This document shows, piece by piece, positions 28,892 through 42,299 of a DNA stretch of 64,000 nucleotides. Positions within the stretch are counted from its first letter, which is position 1; every line of letters starts with the position of its first letter. This DNA comes from Octopus vulgaris (taxonomy: Eukaryota): contig OX597834.1 of NCBI GenBank assembly GCA_951406725.2, positions 13,206,001 to 13,270,000 on the forward strand, given 5' to 3'. The notes under the pieces are model-generated. The model searched no databases, was not told the DNA's origin, and saw only the letters and a program-made list of their open reading frames with translations. A program made the translations under genes and the position numbers.

Positions 28892-30318
28892 TTATGAACG
28901 AGTACTATTGAAATCTCTGTCACCCATGTGCTATAAATGTTTAATAAACATGTACACTGGTAAATATATTGAATAAGTCTCCAGTGTCGTGTGAAATTGT
29001 TTTCATATATGACACAAAGCAAACATCAATACATACATACATACATACATACATACATAGCTACATACATATAACGTTAATATATACTCGCTCATATGTG
29101 TGTGTCTGCCTGTGTGCCTATGGTCGCGCGCGTTGTGTCAACAACTTTGTATTGTTTACCGTCTATAAATCAAGCGAATAGTCATTGAGAATATCTTTCT
29201 CAACATCTAAACGTTCATTGATTAACACTTGACGTAATGCCATGTCCAATCTTCTTTCTTCGTTTCCTTGTACATGACACATTCAGCCGATAATACATCA
29301 ACGAAGTGTTATTTTATGAGACTGAAAGTTACATCTAATGTTATGATCTCACCTTTCATCAATTGTTTATCCTGTTATCTGTTGCATCGAATATATTCTA
29401 AGAAATATTGAACAGAAATAAAGAAAGATATTACCAGAGATAAACTATTCTCTAATGCACGTATGTATTTACTCCTCTCAAGGCCATTCCCCACTCTCAT
29501 TCATACACTTGCGCAATTCTTATAGATTTTTGGAAACTAGGAAATATTCAATTTAACAATATTATCGCATAATTTTATTGTTGTTTTCAGAAAGAAATGA
29601 TATTTATAGCAGAACACGCCTCGTGTTTTTATGATATTTTCTCGCAACGTTTGCATGAGCGAGTAGCTGACCACTGGAAATGTAATAATTTTACAGTTGC
29701 CTTATCGTTTACAGAAGGAAGATTCGAGTTAAGTTACATTTCCCAATGCCTGGTGATGCTATATGGCTCAACAAACGATGAGCCCTGCAACTAATTTTGA
29801 TATGGTCTTAATGAAGGCGGCGAGTTGGCAGAAACGTTAGCACGCCGGGCGAAATGCTTAGCGGTATTTCATCTGCCGCTACGTTCTGAGTTCAAATTCC
29901 GCCGAGGTTGACTTTGCCTTTCATCCTTTCGGGGTCGATAGATTAAGTACCAGTTACGCACTGGGGTCGATATAATCGATTTAATCCGTCTGTCTGTCCT
30001 TCTGTGTTTAGTCCCTTGTGGTTAGTAAAAAAATAGAAATAGTAAATGAATCGTAATAATCTTATAGATGTTATTTCGGGCTAACGACATTCTGACAGTC
30101 AAGTTGCCCCCTAACATTTTACAGTTCTTTCGGAAATCAGGGGGAGATTATGAGACCCTGCTTTTTCATTAAACATTAATTTCCTTCTATGACATTGACA
30201 AACACCTCTGCTCACTGACCAGTGAGCATAATTAACTGGGCCCAGGTTTCATTAGGAAATAAAAATATTTACGTAGGAACGAAGTTTGAATATAAAACCA
30301 CACTCATGTTTAACTATA
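27811..30318. mobile_element. Region bounded by ~130-bp inverted repeats (27811-27940 / 30189-30318)
   Basis: tatagttaaacatgagtgtggttttatattc...gtcaacgtcat is the reverse complement of atgacattgac...cactcatgtttaactata (roughly 90% by eye); TA on both outer ends. Confidence 0.6.
29816..30035 (+). mobile_element. tRNA-derived SINE family C
   Basis: ggcggcgagttggcagaaacgttagc...gagttcaaattcc (B box)...gcctttcatcctttcggggtcgata...aagtaccag (MetaSINE-like domain, inferred); homologous to 37798-38010. Confidence 0.9.
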
Positions 30319-31494
30319 TACACCCACGTATATATACACCCACGATCATATATAAATATATGTTAGTTTCAAGTATGATAATATAGTGATCACTTTTATT
30401 TTTTCTCATTTGTCCGGCATGTTCATCTTGAGAAAGAATATTCAAAAATCCATTTCACTTGGCGTTTGAAGACGGACAAAATTTCATAAAAATATCTTAT
30501 TATTCTAATGATAACTTAACAGAGAATGCGTGTAATACCAGGCTTACAACACCTTAATTTGAACATAAAACTGGGAAGGTCTCGGATTAAGGAGCAGTTT
30601 TATCGAACGGAAAACGTAAAGGTCTAATATGGAAATGTAAAAAGATCCTGAATAAAATAAATGGAATGGAACAAAAACGTGGTTTTAATATAATATGTTT
30701 AAAAGAAAAGTTTTTCAATATTTATACACGTATGTGTATGGATTATAAAACGTCCACATACCAATATAAATGTGTATACGTAAACTTGTTATTATATATA
30801 TATAGATGCATATATATATACATGTGTATATACACACATATACAGGCATATATGCGCGTATGTGTATGCAGGCATCCGCTCGTGTGTCAACATATGTAAT
30901 TGTATACTCTCAAAAACACTCTTGCATATAGGATGAGGAAATAAGAATGGAGCAGAAAAAGTCGGAGAGAAAATATTAAAAAAATAAAGCAAATCATATT
31001 TTACATGCCTATCTATTTCTTTATAGATATTATAATATTATAGACTTGAAGTAAATATCTATTTCTGCGTATACACTTTTCATAAAAAAAAATGAAAAAA
31101 TAAAAAAATGCTGAAAAAAAAAATGTAAAATTCATTAATTTTTGCTTTCTACATCTCGAAACTCATATTAACATTTGGAATATTTCATTTTGAAGTACTA
31201 GCTAATACTTTTTTCTTATGTTGTGAAAATAAACTCTTGTATGTATCATAGCTTGCTTCTAGAGATACAAAGATTTTTTGGGCATTAGCAACAAACGACA
31301 GAACATACGCGTATGCACGCCTGTGTGCGTATGCATTGGTGTGTGTGAGTGTTTGAGTGTGTGTCTGTGTTTGCGTCTCTGGGTGAACGTGCGTGCATAT
31401 GTACGAGCATGTGTGTTTATGGATATATATATATATATGTATATATGTATATATATATATATTCATATATATATATATATATCATAGATATATA

Positions 31495-31710
31495 AATAGA
31501 TAGATAGATAGATAGATATATAAATTGATAGATAGATAGATATATAGATAGATAGAGAGATAGATAAACAGATTGATAGATAGATTGATAGATTGATAGA
31601 TAGATATATAGATAGATAGATAAATTGATAGATAGATAGATACATAGATAGATAGAGAGTTATATAGAGAGATAGATAGATAAACAGATAGATAGATAGA
31701 TTGATATATT

Positions 31711-31767
<57 letters not shown>

Positions 31768-31790
31768 CTAGATAGATAGATAGATATGTG
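31495..31790. repeat. (GATA)n microsatellite
   Basis: Seen directly. Confidence 0.95.
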
Positions 31791-32483
31791 GACAGAGAGA
31801 TTGATAAGGCATAGATAGATTGATCCAGAAATATATATGAATATATTCATATAAGATAAAGAGCAATTTTTTTCACGAATCCTACATTTGAAAGGGAAAA
31901 TCGTATCTAATAAGAAGAAAATATTCCACCAAGGTTACAGCATTCCCCGTAATATTTATATATTATATTTAATAAATATACATCACCCAAATTTTTTCAC
32001 CCACATTCATATACACACACATATAAATATATAAGCTCACCTACACATATTTGTATATATGATAAAAGTTATTTCTTTTTTTTGTGGAAAACATGGCATA
32101 TGTGTAAGTGTGCGGAAAGAAATATCACTCCTTAGAAAGACATCATAAAGAACACGAAAGAAAATTATACGATTGTTCGTTTGCTTAAGCGACAAATTTT
32201 TTTGAAGATGTATGTACAAAGAGAAGGTGGAATGAAATCTGAATAAAATACATATGATGAAGGAAACCAAAGAATATTAAAATAAGTGTAACATTAACCA
32301 TGTATCAATAATGGTCTCTTGTATAAATATGACACGGAAAAAATTTGCAATATTGGAAAGAGAAATATATATTTTTTTCAACTTACTCGTTTTGAGGTGA
32401 AAACTATTATCCACAAAGAAAATTATTGTCAAGAATACGAACGAAGAATATCTAGAATTTTAATTCATTCTAACTATTTGCAG

Positions 32484-32519
32484 GTGAGAATCCCCAGGTT
32501 CTTCTGATCACTGGCCGAA
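32484..32519 (+). other. Candidate 36-nt micro-exon / recursive splice site
   Basis: ttCTAACtatttgCAG|GTGAGA...ccgaa|GTAAGC; only one frame is open (xENPQVLLITGR). Confidence 0.3.
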
Positions 32520-32878
32520 GTAAGCCATGCTGGTGTTACAATTGCAAACGAAACCTCTATGACATAGATATGACGATGGGAATTTGTTTAGTATTAAATT
32601 TGATAAAATAGAATGAAAACAAAATGGAATTTTAGACGGCATGATTAAAAGAAGTCTCTGGGTTTATGTCGAAGATACATCGAAATTAACCACAGTATTC
32701 TATAACGTAAGGCTTACAAATGAACGCGATTCCTCTACATGTATGATATTATGGGAATTTAAAGTGGCTAACTGGTAAGGATAGCAGCTCTCATAACAGA
32801 AGTTACTGATAGTAAGAATATTTATCTGCTGGAATAAACTGTTCAATTCTGCTTCACGGAGGTTTACACCCTGACGTG

Positions 32879-32945
<67 letters not shown>

Positions 32946-32998
32946 ATATCTATCTATCTATCTAGCTAGCTAGCTAGCTATCTATCTATCTATCTATA

Positions 32999-33068
<70 letters not shown>

Positions 33069-33331
33069 CTCTGTATATATGTATATATATATAATCATTT
33101 AGTAGGAAGAAAAGAGGACGCAATCAGTAGCGTTCTGTTAAAGAATAAGTTAAGAACCATAATATGCGTCAAAGCACAAACAAACGAAAAACAAACACAG
33201 AAGGTTGCCAAATCTTCATAAGTTTAAAGACGCAAAATTGCTGAGATTTTATGGAAGATAACTGGCAAGGATTCGGCGACATTTTGCGTCTGTTTTCTAT
33301 TTATTTGTGATTTCGTATATATATTTTTGTT

Positions 33332-33395
<64 letters not shown>

Positions 33396-33407
33396 AGTGG
33401 TTATACA

Positions 33408-33690
33408 GGCGTATGAGTGGCTGTGTAGTAAGAAGTTTGTTTCTCAATCATATGGTTCCGTGTTCAGTCCCACTGCGTGTCACTTTGCACAAATAATGTC
33501 TTGGTTAATACCCTCGGGCGGACCAAAGCCTCGTAGGTTTGATTTGTAGATTTGGTAGGGGAAAGCCTGTCGTTTGTATAAATATATACGGCGGACATAA
33601 ACAGACAATCATCGGTTGTCAAGCAATGGTGGAGGGGAAAATAAAGACACACAAATGCATACATACATACATACACATACACACAGAGAT

Positions 33691-33726
<36 letters not shown>

Positions 33727-33970
33727 ATGTATACATATATGTATGTGTGTGTGTGTGTATGTATGTATGTATGCATTTGTGTGTCTTTATTTTCCCCTCC
33801 CCCATTGCTTGACAACCGATGTTTGTCTGTTTATGTCTGCCGTAATTTAGTGGTGTAGTGGTTCGACAAAATACATCGATAGCATAAGTATTTGGTTTCC
33901 CAAATAGAACCCCTAGGGCCGATTTGTTCGGCTAAATGCAGCGAAGTCAAATGACTGAAACAACTAAAAA
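33408..33970 (+). mobile_element. SINE family A, diverged, with internal inverted duplication
   Basis: ggcgtatgagtggctgtgtagtaag head; ~33587-33685 is an inverted copy of ~33745-33844. Confidence 0.85.
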
Positions 33971-33981
33971 TAATAAATGAA

Positions 33982-34136
<155 letters not shown>

Positions 34137-35019
34137 GAGACGGAGAGACATATTTAAATATATTCACACACTCACACACACCAACAATCATATACATATA
34201 TATATATATATACACATATATGTCCCTGTGTGTGTGTGTGTGTGCGCGCGTATGTATGTATGTTGCATTTATGGAAAAGTGCAACGTATTTTCCCGTATC
34301 GACATCTGAGAATCATGCAGACTTCTCACGATATGAATACGTGCGTTTAATTGGTTTGAAGACCATCCACCCAGGGCATCAAATTCGAGATACTTCTGTA
34401 TAATAATCTAAATCACACATAAATGATCCCGCTCAAATGAATATACCCTTGAAATGTCCATTGCAATGTCGAAACGCAGGGAGAAGGATGTAGAGTGGGG
34501 TAGGGATAGAACTAAATTTAATACAAAGGATCTTTCTCGTTAAATTTTGTGTGATATCATTATTCTCTAATAAAACTGTATCCTTATGTTAGGAAGCTTC
34601 TGATATATTTGATGGAATGAAAGACAAATAATACGGAAATCTAATTTTATGGACTTGTGAGTGATGCAACATAAATTGCTCTCATGTTCAATAATAATTG
34701 GAAATCACAACGTTACTCATACGTCTATTATCATCCTTAGGAAATTATGAAGGAAATCCGAAGCAGATGGTTTCTGAATATAATTTGAATGTGAAGGGAA
34801 ATATATTGAATTTAAATCATGCGAAGAACCTTTATAATGTCACACGAAATGATTATAAAGTTAAATTTCTTCCGCATCTCAGACACCTTTGATGAATACC
34901 GAAACCAAATCTTGCTGCAAAAAGATATGTGCAAACATTTTATTCATAAGTTCAGAGCTCCTTGAATAGAATAAATTACGTCAACTTTATCCTCTGCTTA
35001 CTCTTAATGGTGTATTCTA

Positions 35020-35520
35020 AGTTGGGCACGATGCCGTCAATTTTGAGGGGACGATGTGTCAGTTACATAGACCACAATGCTCAATTGGTAATTATTGCTT
35101 CGAACCCTAGAAGATGAAACCAAATGGTTATTTCGGCGGAATTTGAACTCAGAACGTAAAAGCGAGCGGAATAGTACTAAGAATTTTCGACTGGCGTGCG
35201 AACGATCCTGTCAGATCGCTGCCTTAAAATTGGTTTCCAATTTTGGTACAAGGCCAGCATGTGTTTTTATTTTTGTTTCACAGAGCGTGAAAATGGACGA
35301 AATACCATCAAGTAGTTCATGTGGCGTATTAAGGATTCTGCAAACCCGCGAACATATTGCTGCTTTAATAATAATCTGCTCTAATACAGACACGTGACAT
35401 GAAATTTGAATGTTGGAATCTAGTCTGACATATCGCCCCCCAAAGCTCAACTGGTACTTATTATATCGAGCTAGAAAGTTTGAAATGGAAAATCGACGTA
35501 GGTGACATTTGCAATCAAAG
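35020..35520 (-). mobile_element. Cluster of diverged SINE family C copies
   Basis: cggcggaatttgaactcagaacgtaaa and ctcaactggtacttatt motifs. Confidence 0.65.
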
Positions 35521-35649
35521 CATAAAGAACAGGAAAAAATAACTCTAAGTGCTTTGTGCGGTGGTATAAGTGTGTGTGTGTGCTTGTATGTATATATGTA
35601 TATGTGTGTAGGTGTGTGTGCTGAGTGCATTTATTTAAACGCATCTCTC

Positions 35650-35845
35650 TACATGTTTCAGTTATTTGATTGCGGCCAAGCCGGAGCGCAGCATTTCGTC
35701 GAACAAATCGCCTCTAGGTGTTATTCTTTGTAAGCCAAGTACTTATTCTATCGGTTGATTTTAACGAACCACTAAGTTACGGGAGATGTAAACAGACCAA
35801 CATCGGTTGTCAAGCAATGGTGGAGGGACAAACGCAGAGACACAA
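35650..35845 (-). mobile_element. SINE family A 3' half
   Basis: tgtttcagttatttgattgcggcc...catcggttgtcaagcaatggtgg. Confidence 0.8.
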
Positions 35846-35854
35846 TATTCTTTT

Positions 35855-36119
35855 CTATTCTAGACACAATGCATGAAATTTTGGGGGAGGTGTCAATCAT
35901 TTAGATCGAATCCAGTACGCCACTGCTTCTTAAATTATCGATCCCGAAAGATGGACCTAAGTGGACCTCGGCGGAATTTGAACTCACATAACCATATATC
36001 AATAATGTTCTCTTCTATAAATATGACGCGGAAAACATTTGCAATATTGAAAAGAGAAATATATATATTTTTTTCAAATTACGCGTTTTGTGTGCTAAGG
36101 TTTCTGCTAGCTCGCCGCC
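35855..36119 (-). mobile_element. SINE family C with an internal ~100-bp foreign insert
   Basis: ...cctcggcggaatttgaactcac [insert 35989-36090] tgtgctaaggtttctgctagctcgccgcc. Confidence 0.8.
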
Positions 36120-36299
36120 AGATCGTAGCATAATATTATTCCCGTTGTCATCCTCACGCTCATACAGACAAATCATACCTATTCACTACAGACAGAATAA
36201 CAACGACGCCAATATATCAAGAATAAAGACAGCACAGACGATTGGGATGAAACAGTCAAGCAGGCACGGTATGCTAATACTCTACTCTTTCATCAACTC

Positions 36300-36490
36300 A
36301 TCTCTATTTACGTCTGCGCAGAATCTGTACCTTCAGACCGCCATTCATTATCTGTGAAAAGAATTACGCGCTATGTAGCGTTGACTGCACTTTCACAATA
36401 CGACGTATCGTCTTGACCTTCTTGCGTCAAATAACAAATCGTCACGTGGAGTTGGTTACTTTCACTTTCGGTTTGTGTTACGACGTAAGT
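36300..36490. promoter_or_regulatory. CpG-rich promoter-like patch with IRF/ISRE-type, E-box and CRE/CEBP-like motifs
   Basis: ACTTTCACTTTCGGTTT 36458-36474 (minus AAACCGAAAGTGAAAGT), GTCACGTG 36441-48, TTGCGTCAA 36422-30, donor-like ac|GTAAGT 36485. Confidence 0.35.
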
Positions 36491-36847
36491 GTAATGTATA
36501 TACGCGATAAAATCGAGGTAGATCAGAGAATAAGCGCTAAGAATGAACATATATAGTTAGAAGAGCTGAATGTGAGAAGAGAAGCCAGTAAAATATGTTA
36601 TAGTGAAAGGGAAGGAGACTTTTAAAATATTAGAAGAGTAAACATGAGTATTGACAGAATATTTAAAGTAGGGAATAAAATATAGACGGAAAATAGACAG
36701 AGAAAGCATAAGTGAAACAAGATATTCTAATGTTAATATGCATGCGTGTATAAATATACATATACATAAGTATGTAAGCATGTATGTATATATATGTATA
36801 TGTTTATATATATATATATATATATATATACTTACAAACATATATAC

Positions 36848-36904
<57 letters not shown>

Positions 36905-36908
<4 letters not shown>

Positions 36909-37256
36909 GATGGTTTGTTGCTAATTTAATGTGACAGACCCAGGAAAGGCAGGAGTGCTACGGTTATTTATCCCCGAGGAGACTTCGTTTCAAGATGGCT
37001 ACGTGACACAAGCGTTCAGTATCCTTAACTTTCAAAGAAGGGAGATGGGAACCTCCACCCAACAAAGCCTAGTTTCAGGGTAGATGTTCTTCATCAGTCT
37101 GTAGTAGCTTGGCTTTGCTAGTTGATGGTGCTGAATCGCTGTTGAATACTAACAGAATTTCAAGTGAAATAACTTCACTGATCTACATTAAGTTGGTAAC
37201 AATCCATCATTTGCTAACTTTCTACATCTTGATCCTTGGATCTTATCTTTACATAT

Positions 37257-37258
<2 letters not shown>
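36905..37258 (-). mobile_element. PLE-like fragment between TA tracts, with degenerate hammerhead(s)
   Basis: Minus 37100-37064: aga-CTGATGA-agaacatctaccct-GAAAC-TA-GGC (GTC expected). A second GAAAC-GAA-GTC lies near 36981-36990. Confidence 0.45.
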
Positions 37259-37316
<58 letters not shown>

Positions 37317-37797
37317 GGGTCATGCGGGTAAATTTATTTGTGTGGAACAGAAAGAAGTCGGTCGCATTTATCTGTGTGTATTTGTATGTGTGTGTGTGAG
37401 AGAGAGATGGAGAGAGGGAGAGCGGATGCATGTATATGTGAATGTGTTTGTGCGGCGTTGTGTGCATGTGCCTTGTGGGTGTATCTAATTTTGGGCGTCT
37501 TTGTGTTCGTTTCTCTTTCCTTCATTGCTTTATAAGAAATAGATTTTGTACTCATCCCTGTAACCTAGCAGTGTGGACGAAAGGACAGATAACTCCGATA
37601 AATATGTATCAAACTTCAAAAAACATGTCATGAGAACGAACACGAGTAGGTTAAAAATTGTAAAGCATCATCATTTATATTGTTAACATAAGTTGTTAAA
37701 AATTCAGATGATATTTTGAAAGCAAAAAAAAAACCCTCAGAATATACGTGATACACTCATTTATTCAAATGTTATTAACAGTTGAAAGGTAATTAAT

Positions 37798-38010
37798 TAT
37801 TTCTTTACTACCCACAAGGGGCTAAACACAGAGGGGACAAACAAGGACTGATATCGACCCCAGTGCGTAACTGGTACTTAATTTATCGACCCCGAAAGGA
37901 TGAAAGGCAAAGTCGACCTCGGCGGAATTTGAACTCAGAACGTAACGGCAGACGAAATACGGCTACGCATTTCGCCCGGCGTGCTAACGGTTCTGCCAGC
38001 TCGTCGCCTT
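37798..38010 (-). mobile_element. SINE family C with 17-bp TSD
   Basis: gttgaaaggtaattaat at 37781-37797 and 38016-38032. Confidence 0.93.
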
Positions 38011-41000
38011 TTACCGTTGAAAGGTAATTAATACATGGTAGAAAACTCTATAGAATGCAAACGTTATTTGAAATATATTTCTCCGTTGATGAAGGAACTG
38101 CTAATGAAAGAACTTCAATGAAAAACGCGTGAAATCATAGTAGAAACTATCATAAAACCTTAGCTTCTTTAGCCAGTAAAAACTGAAGAGACTTCAGTAT
38201 AAACATTAATATGCGTCGATACTGTGCTGAAAGGAACTCGCTTATTATTTACAGGTGTGTGTATTACTGTATCAGTAGTGTATTTTTAGATATGATCTCT
38301 ATTTGCATTGAAGGGAAGACAGAGCTATATATGCTTTAGTGAAGATCCTCTTAAACGGCCTCAACAATTTTCTCTGTAGTTATATCGTAAATTTAAAGCA
38401 TAATATATATAAAAAAAATAAATTATAAAATCGATTACGTTTTGCGCATTTTACAAACGATGGGAATTCAGCGCATTCAAGTAGACACAGTCATACATAT
38501 TTATTTAGAATTTTTATAAGTACCAACTTACATAAACATTGTCATTTATTGAAAAATATCCCGTTTTACTATAACGCTAAACCAATATGAAGTTCCTCCC
38601 TTTCAACGCTTTGCACATATAATAGAGGAAACATGAATATATCTCTTGTTTATGCATGTGAATAAACGCATATATCAAATTGTGCACATCGCCAATTTAT
38701 TGACGTATAATTGATGCATTTTCTACCGTTTTGTTTTTGCCAATGCATCGAGTCTACGACTAAGCTATTATATATCATCTGGAATCATAAAACCGTACGT
38801 GATTTTAATACCTTACTGATTCCTGGAATATGCAATCACCCATAAATTGCACTCTTTAATGCAATGTCACATTGACTTCCAAACACTGCAGGGTTTACTA
38901 CACCGTTTTGTTCTCTGAATATTGCTGTGTTTTGCCGAAGCAATCTCTGCGCAGTTTTGCCATTGGCTTACGATGCAAAATTATGGTCACTTTGTTATTT
39001 AACCGCATGCGGAATCTAGCACCTAAAACATCCCGATATCACACAGTTTTCTCCTTAAATTGAGACGAAGTTGATGATATAATCATATAGCAAACGCGTA
39101 ATAAATGTCGGGCTGGGCAGGTCTGAACATTCTTTAACCTTGTATTGCTCATACATGTGTTAACAAAACTAAAGGAAACAGTTATGTCGCACGTTCGGAT
39201 GCAATTCCACTCAACTCTCACCGCTATTCTGCTACTCTCCGATTGCTACCCTTGACGTCTAGACTTCTCCCTCTATATCTACGTATTGGGCTAGTCTACT
39301 TCATCGTCTGGGGGCGTCCACACAACAAAAACACAGAGTAAGTAACAGTAGAAACAAGAACTCCCTCGGTGTCCTGTCTGTCCTTCTTTGTCCCCCTCTA
39401 TTTTGGGCCCTTGTGGCTAAGAGAAACAGTGTTATACCAATTTTAGTACAATACCCAAAGACAGTAACTCATGTTCGTTTTTATTGGAACATACTTTTGC
39501 CTTTAGCAGATTTTTATTCGCACTGTCATTATTTTATTCTAAAGCGTATTAGTTCGTAGAGGGAGTAACAATACTCGATATATCTGACAGAACTTGTAGC
39601 CAACTCAGTTTTAGAATCCCAGGAAACTACAGGATACATAACACAGTGTAGCCAGAAATACACTTAAAAGAAATTGAGTTCCAGACGGCAAGACTGTAGT
39701 CTTAAAGATATTTGCATTGAACTACAAAACGATAACAAACAACTTGCAAGGAGACTATTACAACAGAGATATCACCAGTGTGTGAGCCGCTCCTTTCTCT
39801 GTAAATAAACGGGGAAGCCAATATACAGATATATATGAGCAAATATATTGATCGTTCAAATATGTACACAAAATGTGTATGGGCTGGGCTGGGCGTGGGG
39901 GGTGTTTCTGTGTATGCTTGTGAGAAAGGGACTGAAATCACGAATAAATATATAACATATTAACCAAACCAAACAATCGATTATCTGTTATTGCTTTAAC
40001 ATGACGTGAGTGATTGGTTTAAATATTTTTCTTGTCCGCTGTAAAAATGGGGAAAAAAAACTCACCTGAAAAATAAGTAAAAAAAAAAAGATCACGTATT
40101 TATGTAATTATTTATCGATTATTATATGTTTACGGTTTCCTGAAAGGAAAAAAAAGTTTTATGTTATATTCACACAGAAGCTATTTTTCATTTTCTTTGC
40201 TCAAGTATGTAATTATCCGATAAGTGTTGTCAGGTTTACGACCACAAATACATAACCCTTCCTCGACTCAAAAGAACCAATTCTACCATCACTAAATATC
40301 TATTTTCTCGTAATGTTCACCGGTTGCGCTGTATTTACTGCTGAAATCCGTTTTAAATCTCAGTGTCAAACTGCATATCGCTAAATGTCATTCATTCAAT
40401 ATATATTTTACGGAAATTATAGATGTGCTGTGAGTCAACAATTTGACAGTTCATGCTGGTTCTTATGCGCCATCAGCTCTGGGAATTTTTGTCTAATAAC
40501 ACACTTAAAGCACAACAGCCTGCTCCAACTAACGGATGTCATTTCCCATCATAAATTACCTTAGTGTGATCCACGTGCTCGGATAACAACAAAATTTTCT
40601 TCGCAAATGATAACCTACTACCTTGATAATATATCGTTAGATATACTAGCAAAAATAAAGAGAGGAATGGTCGCAGCTGATATTTGTTGCAGAGACTGAT
40701 TTGCCTCTCCCTCTCTCTGTGAAAAAAATAGTCTTTATATTTTGCTCCTAAGAAAGCTGTTACTTTAAAGCTCAAGTGAAATCACATATGTTGCAAGTGT
40801 TCGCATCTCTTATAATGATAATAAGGCATAAAATATTGCCAACGTTTTATAAGTAACACATACCTCTTTCTTTCGGAAAAAAACGGATTCTAGCTTCAAT
40901 TGATTTTAACTCTCGAAAGATAAGTATGCGCAGGAGACAAGTTCCGCTAGCATTCGCTTAGATATTTAAACGTAGATGGACTCACTGACCGTTACCTAAT

Positions 41001-41864
41001 AATTACGCAATCAATCTTGTTTTCGATATCAATCTTATTCTCATTTGTCTCTTCTTCCTTTGCGCTCTTGCGGTTGTTTTATTTCCTTTCCCATTTACTC
41101 TCTTAAAACCACACACAAAAGGATCTATCTACCTAAAGCAATTCAGTGTGACAGCCAACTGACATTAGGAAAGGCGTCTTTGGAAACCTAAAACAGTCAT
41201 GCGTACAATTTATACTTTTGCGAATGGATCATAGCGCCCATATTTTGAATAGTAATGTTTGAGCATTATATGTATCCTCTTCTCTTTAACAATCAATATC
41301 ATTTAAACACTGTGGAACAGGAATCTAATACAACTTGTATAATACATAGCTTAATCTTGTATGACGTATGTATACGAAATCTTAATCTAAATTAATAGTA
41401 ACCAACGTTAAATATAAGACATTGGCTGAGAAAACAAAGGTGAGTTATTTCAGACAATTTCTCAACATACTTGAGACATTATTCAAGTTTCGTTCAAGAG
41501 ATAAACTCTGTTTTAATGAAACACTGGATGGTGTGTCTCTCTATGGATTGTCTACAGATGGGATAGTCATAGCTGAAGCATCTTTGATCATAGGTTTTCA
41601 GATCTGATCCGGTTTCCAACTAAACCCCGGGCGTTAGCTTATGTCAATACGCTTGTGTTACCTTATATCCTGCGGGTAATTATATATTCTTGGCAAATTC
41701 CGTTAAGCTGCGACAATAGAAAGATTAAGTGTTGCCAGTAGTCATAGGTATCTATAGAGAGTATATTAATACCTCTCCTGTTCAGTATGTCGAGCTACGC
41801 TATAAGTTCTCTTATAACGTATGATGTTACTGTAACTTAATGTGATAATGGAATACGCATTCTT

Positions 41865-42020
41865 TTAATCTTCTACTAGTTTCAGTCATTTGACTGCGGC
41901 CATGCTGAAGCACCGCATTTAGTCTAGCAAATCGACCTCAGGACTTATTCTGTGTAAGCCTAGTTCTTGAACCCGCAACCATGTGGTTGGTAAACAAGCT
42001 ACTTAGCACATAATCAATCC
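41865..42020 (-). mobile_element. SINE family A, internally deleted
   Basis: tttcagtcatttgactgcggccatgctg...aaccatgtggttggtaaacaagctactta. Confidence 0.85.
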
Positions 42021-42137
42021 TATAATAATAAAAAAAATAATGATAAATCTCATAACAGATTTGAATTTTCAGCAACACATTACTTTTAACTCACACCGCG
42101 CTTTTCTATTTCTTGGTCAGATTTTTTAATATTAGTG

Positions 42138-42169
<32 letters not shown>

Positions 42170-42179
42170 CTCTTTACTC

Positions 42180-42210
<31 letters not shown>

Positions 42211-42299
42211 CTCTTTACTCTTTTATATATATATATATATATGTGCCTTCATATCACTGTACACAACCTCTAGAATGAAGTTATTTGATGACCCTTAAA

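Noticed and set aside
29591-29794. 65-aa ORF after a strong acceptor (tgttgttttcAG)
   Set aside because: No recognisable domain or clear donor; chance ORFs of this size are common.
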